This document shows positions 60,822 to 63,884 of a stretch of DNA of 63,884 nt, piece after piece. The position numbers and the translations under genes were made by a program. This stretch comes from Planctomycetota bacterium (GTDB lineage: Bacteria; Planctomycetota; Phycisphaerae; UBA1845): assembly GCA_038043285.1 (NCBI GenBank), contig JBBTCJ010000068.1, positions 1-63,884 of the forward strand. The letters are read 5' to 3'. Position 1 is the stretch's first letter. The number at the start of each line of letters is the position of its first letter. The notes beneath the pieces were generated by a model, which worked only from the letters and a program-made list of their open reading frames with translations, ran no database searches and had not been told where the DNA came from.

Positions 60822-63065
60822 ATGGCCATGGTCGCGCCGTCACCACCGAGCGTCGTGCCCGTTCCGCGCGAACGGGTGGAGCTGATTCTCGGACACGTCG
60901 ATCGCCTGCCGACGCTTCCGCCGGTGGCGGCCAAACTGCTCTCTGTCGTTTCTTCGGAGGCGTCCTCGGCGCAGGACGTGGCCCGGATTCTGCGGTTGGA
61001 CGCCTCATTGACCACGGGCATTCTGCGAATGCTGCGTCGCGCCGACCTGGGGGTCCGAAATGATCGCGTGACCATCGACCAGGCGGTAGCACTGCTCGGG
61101 CTGCGAGCGGTGCGCAATGCGGTGCTTTCAGAACAGGTTTTTTCGGTGTTTTCAGGGCGCGGCGAGGACGTCGACCCGGAGACGCGCAAGGGACTTTGGC
61201 GGCACAACCTGGCGGTGGCCTGCGCCGCGGAGGGACTGGCGGAGCGTTTGAACGATCGAGGACTTGCGTCCGACGCCTTCGTCTGCGGGCTGCTGCACGA
61301 CGTCGGAAAGATTGCGTTACAGGCGTGCCTTCCCAAGAGCTATGCACGGGTGGTGCAGTTGGTCAACGCGAAGCGTCGCTGCATCAATGACGTCGAACGA
61401 GACGTTCTGGGATTGGACCACACGGTGGCCGGGAAGCGCCTTGCGGCGCGGTGGGGTTTGCCGCAGGCGATCATCGACGCGATCTGGCTGCACCACCAGG
61501 ATCCCGATGCTCTTCCCGCGTCGGTGCAGAATCGCAAGCTGGTGGCCATCGTCCACGCGGCGGACGCCCTGGTGCGACGAACGGGCATCGGGTTTTCGGG
61601 GTATCAGCCTTGTGAGGATATTGAGGCTTCTTCGGGGTTGGAGCTTGGTCCAGAGGATTTCGGCGCGGTGGCCGCCTCGCTTCCCAAGCGGATGGCGCCA
61701 CTGGTGGAGACGCTGGGGCTGGACGCGGAAGTCTCGTTGGACGAATCGTTGCAGATCGTCGCCGAGCGACTGGCGCAGCACAACGCGGAGCTCAGCGAGC
61801 AGAACCGGACTCTGTCGATCCCTGCGGCGTTGTTCGGCGTCGTTCAACGATTCACCCAGGCTGCGACGGGGGTACGAGATGCGGTACAGGTGTGCGAGGC
61901 CGCGGCGGAGGCGTTGCGAGCCGGGCTGCCGGTGCGTGCGGCGTGCGTGGCGCTAAGCCGCGGCGATGCCCTCCCGCCGGCGATCGCCTGGAGCGCCATC
62001 CCCGGTGAATCCTCGCCTCAGGCAAGCGACGGGCTGAGCGCGACGTTTTCCGCATTGTGCGAGGCGGCGTCATCGGCGACGGCGCTGCGTCCGGCGCCGT
62101 TGGCGGCCGGGCCGCTTTGGCGGGAATGCCTGAGAGAGGCTCCTCCGTCCACGCTTTGGATGCTGCGTCTGGGACCGGAACCCTTGGGAGTCGTGCTGTT
62201 CGACGCGGATACGGCGGCGATCGCTCCGTTCATCGACGCGGTGGGCGAGATGGCGGCCCTGGCGCGAACCTTCACGCTGGCGCTGTCGGCCGCAGTGGAT
62301 ACGTCGCGAGCGGAGCACATGACCGACGAGCTGCTGGACGTGAATCGTCGGCTCCGGGACGCGCAGGCGGGGCTGGTGCGGATGCGGTCGATGTCGATGA
62401 TCACGGAGATGGCGGGCGGGGCGGCGCACGAGATGAACAACCCTCTGGCGGTGATTTCCGGGCGGGCGCAGATGGAACTCGCAACGGCCGAATCTGCGGA
62501 GCGCCGCAAGGCCATGGAGACGATCGTCGAGCAGACCAAGAAGGCGGCGCAAATTGTGCTTGAGCTGATGCAGTTCGCCAAGCCCGATCCGCCCAAGCCG
62601 GTTCAACAGTCGTTGGGGGGGGCGATCGAGGCGTGCTTCCAGCATTGGCAGGCGTCGCTGGGGGAACGCTCGGAACGGCTCTCCGCCCAGGTGCTCGACG
62701 AAAACGCCGTCATCTACGCTGACGCGGCGCACGTGATGGAAATCCTCAATCGGGTCGTGGAAAACGCGGCCTGGGCAACCGACGGGAACGGCGGGCGGAT
62801 TGCGGTTCATTCGCGCTCGCGATCGTCCGATGAAGCCGTGCGCATCGTGGTCGAGGACGGCGGCGTTGGCATGACGCCGCAGGTGCTCGAGCACGCCCTC
62901 GACCCGTTCTATTCGCACCGCCCTGCCGGGCGGGGACGGGGCCTGGGACTCTCGCGGGCCTATCGACTCGCAGAGGTCAACGGCGGACGACTGTGGCTCC
63001 AATCTACGCCCAACGTCGGAACGACCGTCACCATCGAGCTTCCGTCGCGCGCACCGATCGCGTAA
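60822..63065 (+). CDS. HDOD-domain sensor histidine kinase
   Basis: LPTLPPVA, LLHDVGK, WGLP, H-box AHEMNNPL, ENA, DGGVGM, GRGLGL. Confidence 0.9.
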   Translation: MAMVAPSPPSVVPVPRERVELILGHVDRLPTLPPVAAKLLSVVSSEASSAQDVARILRLDASLTTGILRMLRRADLGVRNDRVTIDQAVALLGLRAVRNAVLSEQVFSVFSGRGEDVDPETRKGLWRHNLAVACAAEGLAERLNDRGLASDAFVCGLLHDVGKIALQACLPKSYARVVQLVNAKRRCINDVERDVLGLDHTVAGKRLAARWGLPQAIIDAIWLHHQDPDALPASVQNRKLVAIVHAADALVRRTGIGFSGYQPCEDIEASSGLELGPEDFGAVAASLPKRMAPLVETLGLDAEVSLDESLQIVAERLAQHNAELSEQNRTLSIPAALFGVVQRFTQAATGVRDAVQVCEAAAEALRAGLPVRAACVALSRGDALPPAIAWSAIPGESSPQASDGLSATFSALCEAASSATALRPAPLAAGPLWRECLREAPPSTLWMLRLGPEPLGVVLFDADTAAIAPFIDAVGEMAALARTFTLALSAAVDTSRAEHMTDELLDVNRRLRDAQAGLVRMRSMSMITEMAGGAAHEMNNPLAVISGRAQMELATAESAERRKAMETIVEQTKKAAQIVLELMQFAKPDPPKPVQQSLGGAIEACFQHWQASLGERSERLSAQVLDENAVIYADAAHVMEILNRVVENAAWATDGNGGRIAVHSRSRSSDEAVRIVVEDGGVGMTPQVLEHALDPFYSHRPAGRGRGLGLSRAYRLAEVNGGRLWLQSTPNVGTTVTIELPSRAPIA

Positions 63066-63109
63066 CGCCTACCTCATCCAATCATCGTGTTGTGTCCGTC
63101 GTCCAAGAC

Positions 63110-63134
63110 GGGCCGCTCCCTCACGGTCGCGGTA
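63110..63134. repeat. Repeat family A single copy
   Basis: gggccgctccctcacggtcgcggta is the exact reverse complement of 24266-24290. Confidence 0.85.
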
Positions 63135-63160
63135 TGGGGTGGCTTCGCAGTAAGGTTGAA

Positions 63161-63183
63161 ATCGGCGATCGGCAATCGGCAAT
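63161..63183. repeat. GATTGCC heptamer repeat (inverted)
   Basis: atcggcgatcggcaatcggcaat. Confidence 0.65.
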
Positions 63184-63233
63184 TCGACCGCTCGCTTGCG
63201 CCCCCGGCAAAGGGACGGGAGGATCCGCCGCCC

Positions 63234-63788
63234 GTGGCTGATCGCCCCTACAAGATCATGCTCGTGGAGCCGGATCCGCCGCTGGTGGAGATCCTGGTCC
63301 ACGTTTTCTCCGAGCAGTTCGAGGCGCACATCACCTGCGTGGCCGAGGCCAAGACCTGCTTGGACGTTGAGCTGGTCGAGCCGCACGATCTGGTCGTGGC
63401 GGAGCGGGACTTGTCCGATGCGAAAGGGCTGGCTCTGGCGGAGCAGTTGCTGGCGCTGAGTCATCGTCCGGTCATCCTTCTGGGCGAGAATTGGTCGGCG
63501 TCGGAGTCGCTTGCAGCCCTGCGCATGGGGGTCAAGGATCTCTTGACCAAGCCGTTTCCCGTTGCCGAGCTGGTGGAAACGTCTCGCCGGGCGTTGTACG
63601 GCATGGCGTTGAAGCGCAAGCACCAGGTGAGATATCACCGTCTTCGGGAGATGGTTCGGCGAGCGGTCCGCGAGCGGCGGGATTTGAACAGCCGCATTGA
63701 CCTGGTCTGCCGCGACCTTGTCGAAGCCCAGCGACGACTGGTGCGCCGGGTAGTGGAGCTGGAAGGCGCAAGGTCAACCAAGTACTAA
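63234..63788 (+). CDS. Atypical receiver-domain protein with coiled-coil C-terminus
   Basis: KIMLVEPD, DLVVAE (no phospho-Asp), TKPF. GTG start after GGAGG. Confidence 0.8.
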   Translation: MADRPYKIMLVEPDPPLVEILVHVFSEQFEAHITCVAEAKTCLDVELVEPHDLVVAERDLSDAKGLALAEQLLALSHRPVILLGENWSASESLAALRMGVKDLLTKPFPVAELVETSRRALYGMALKRKHQVRYHRLREMVRRAVRERRDLNSRIDLVCRDLVEAQRRLVRRVVELEGARSTKY

Positions 63789-63798
63789 TCCTGAGTGC

Positions 63799-63834
63799 TT
63801 AGTACAGCACCCCACAGGAGGGGTGCTGTACTAA
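63799..63834. other. Perfect 15-bp inverted repeat
   Basis: ttagtacagcacccc(acagga)ggggtgctgtactaa. Confidence 0.8.
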
Positions 63835-63884
63835 CCCGGATTTCTCACCGAGGGGATAGATAAAGGCTGCATCCTGTGGCATAA

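Overview
GC-rich bacterial chromosomal window, most likely from a Planctomycetota (Phycisphaerae-like) genome. The PVC-superphylum small basic protein, the planctomycete-type intergenic repeats and the dockerin-like GP/Cys C-termini support this. The left half (1-28.4 kb) is mostly housekeeping and envelope genes: hslVU, rpsU, an SDR, TlpA, DegP, ileS, a GT4, sdhCAB, a transglutaminase-like protein, rph and a TMTC-like TPR glycosyltransferase. The right half is an accessory cell-surface region. It holds two giant Cys-rich secreted proteins built from four copies of an unnamed beta-domain plus dockerin-like module, with cohesin-like domains between them. It also holds a desaturase/DEAD-box pair, a cryptic chimera of a phage tail-chaperone fragment and a dockerin-like fragment, and two more Cys-repeat proteins (one IPTL-CTERM). 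A divergent 5-heme cytochrome / NHL-15-heme fusion locus is followed by a dockerin-like protein, an ABM-family protein, a His/Cys-repeat lipoprotein, thiO and an RR-HDOD/HK-pseudoreceiver cluster. Several families of short palindromic REP-like repeats are scattered throughout, some inside ORFs. I recognised no tRNA, rRNA, CRISPR array or intact transposase. All assignments are by motif recognition only; no database searches were run.
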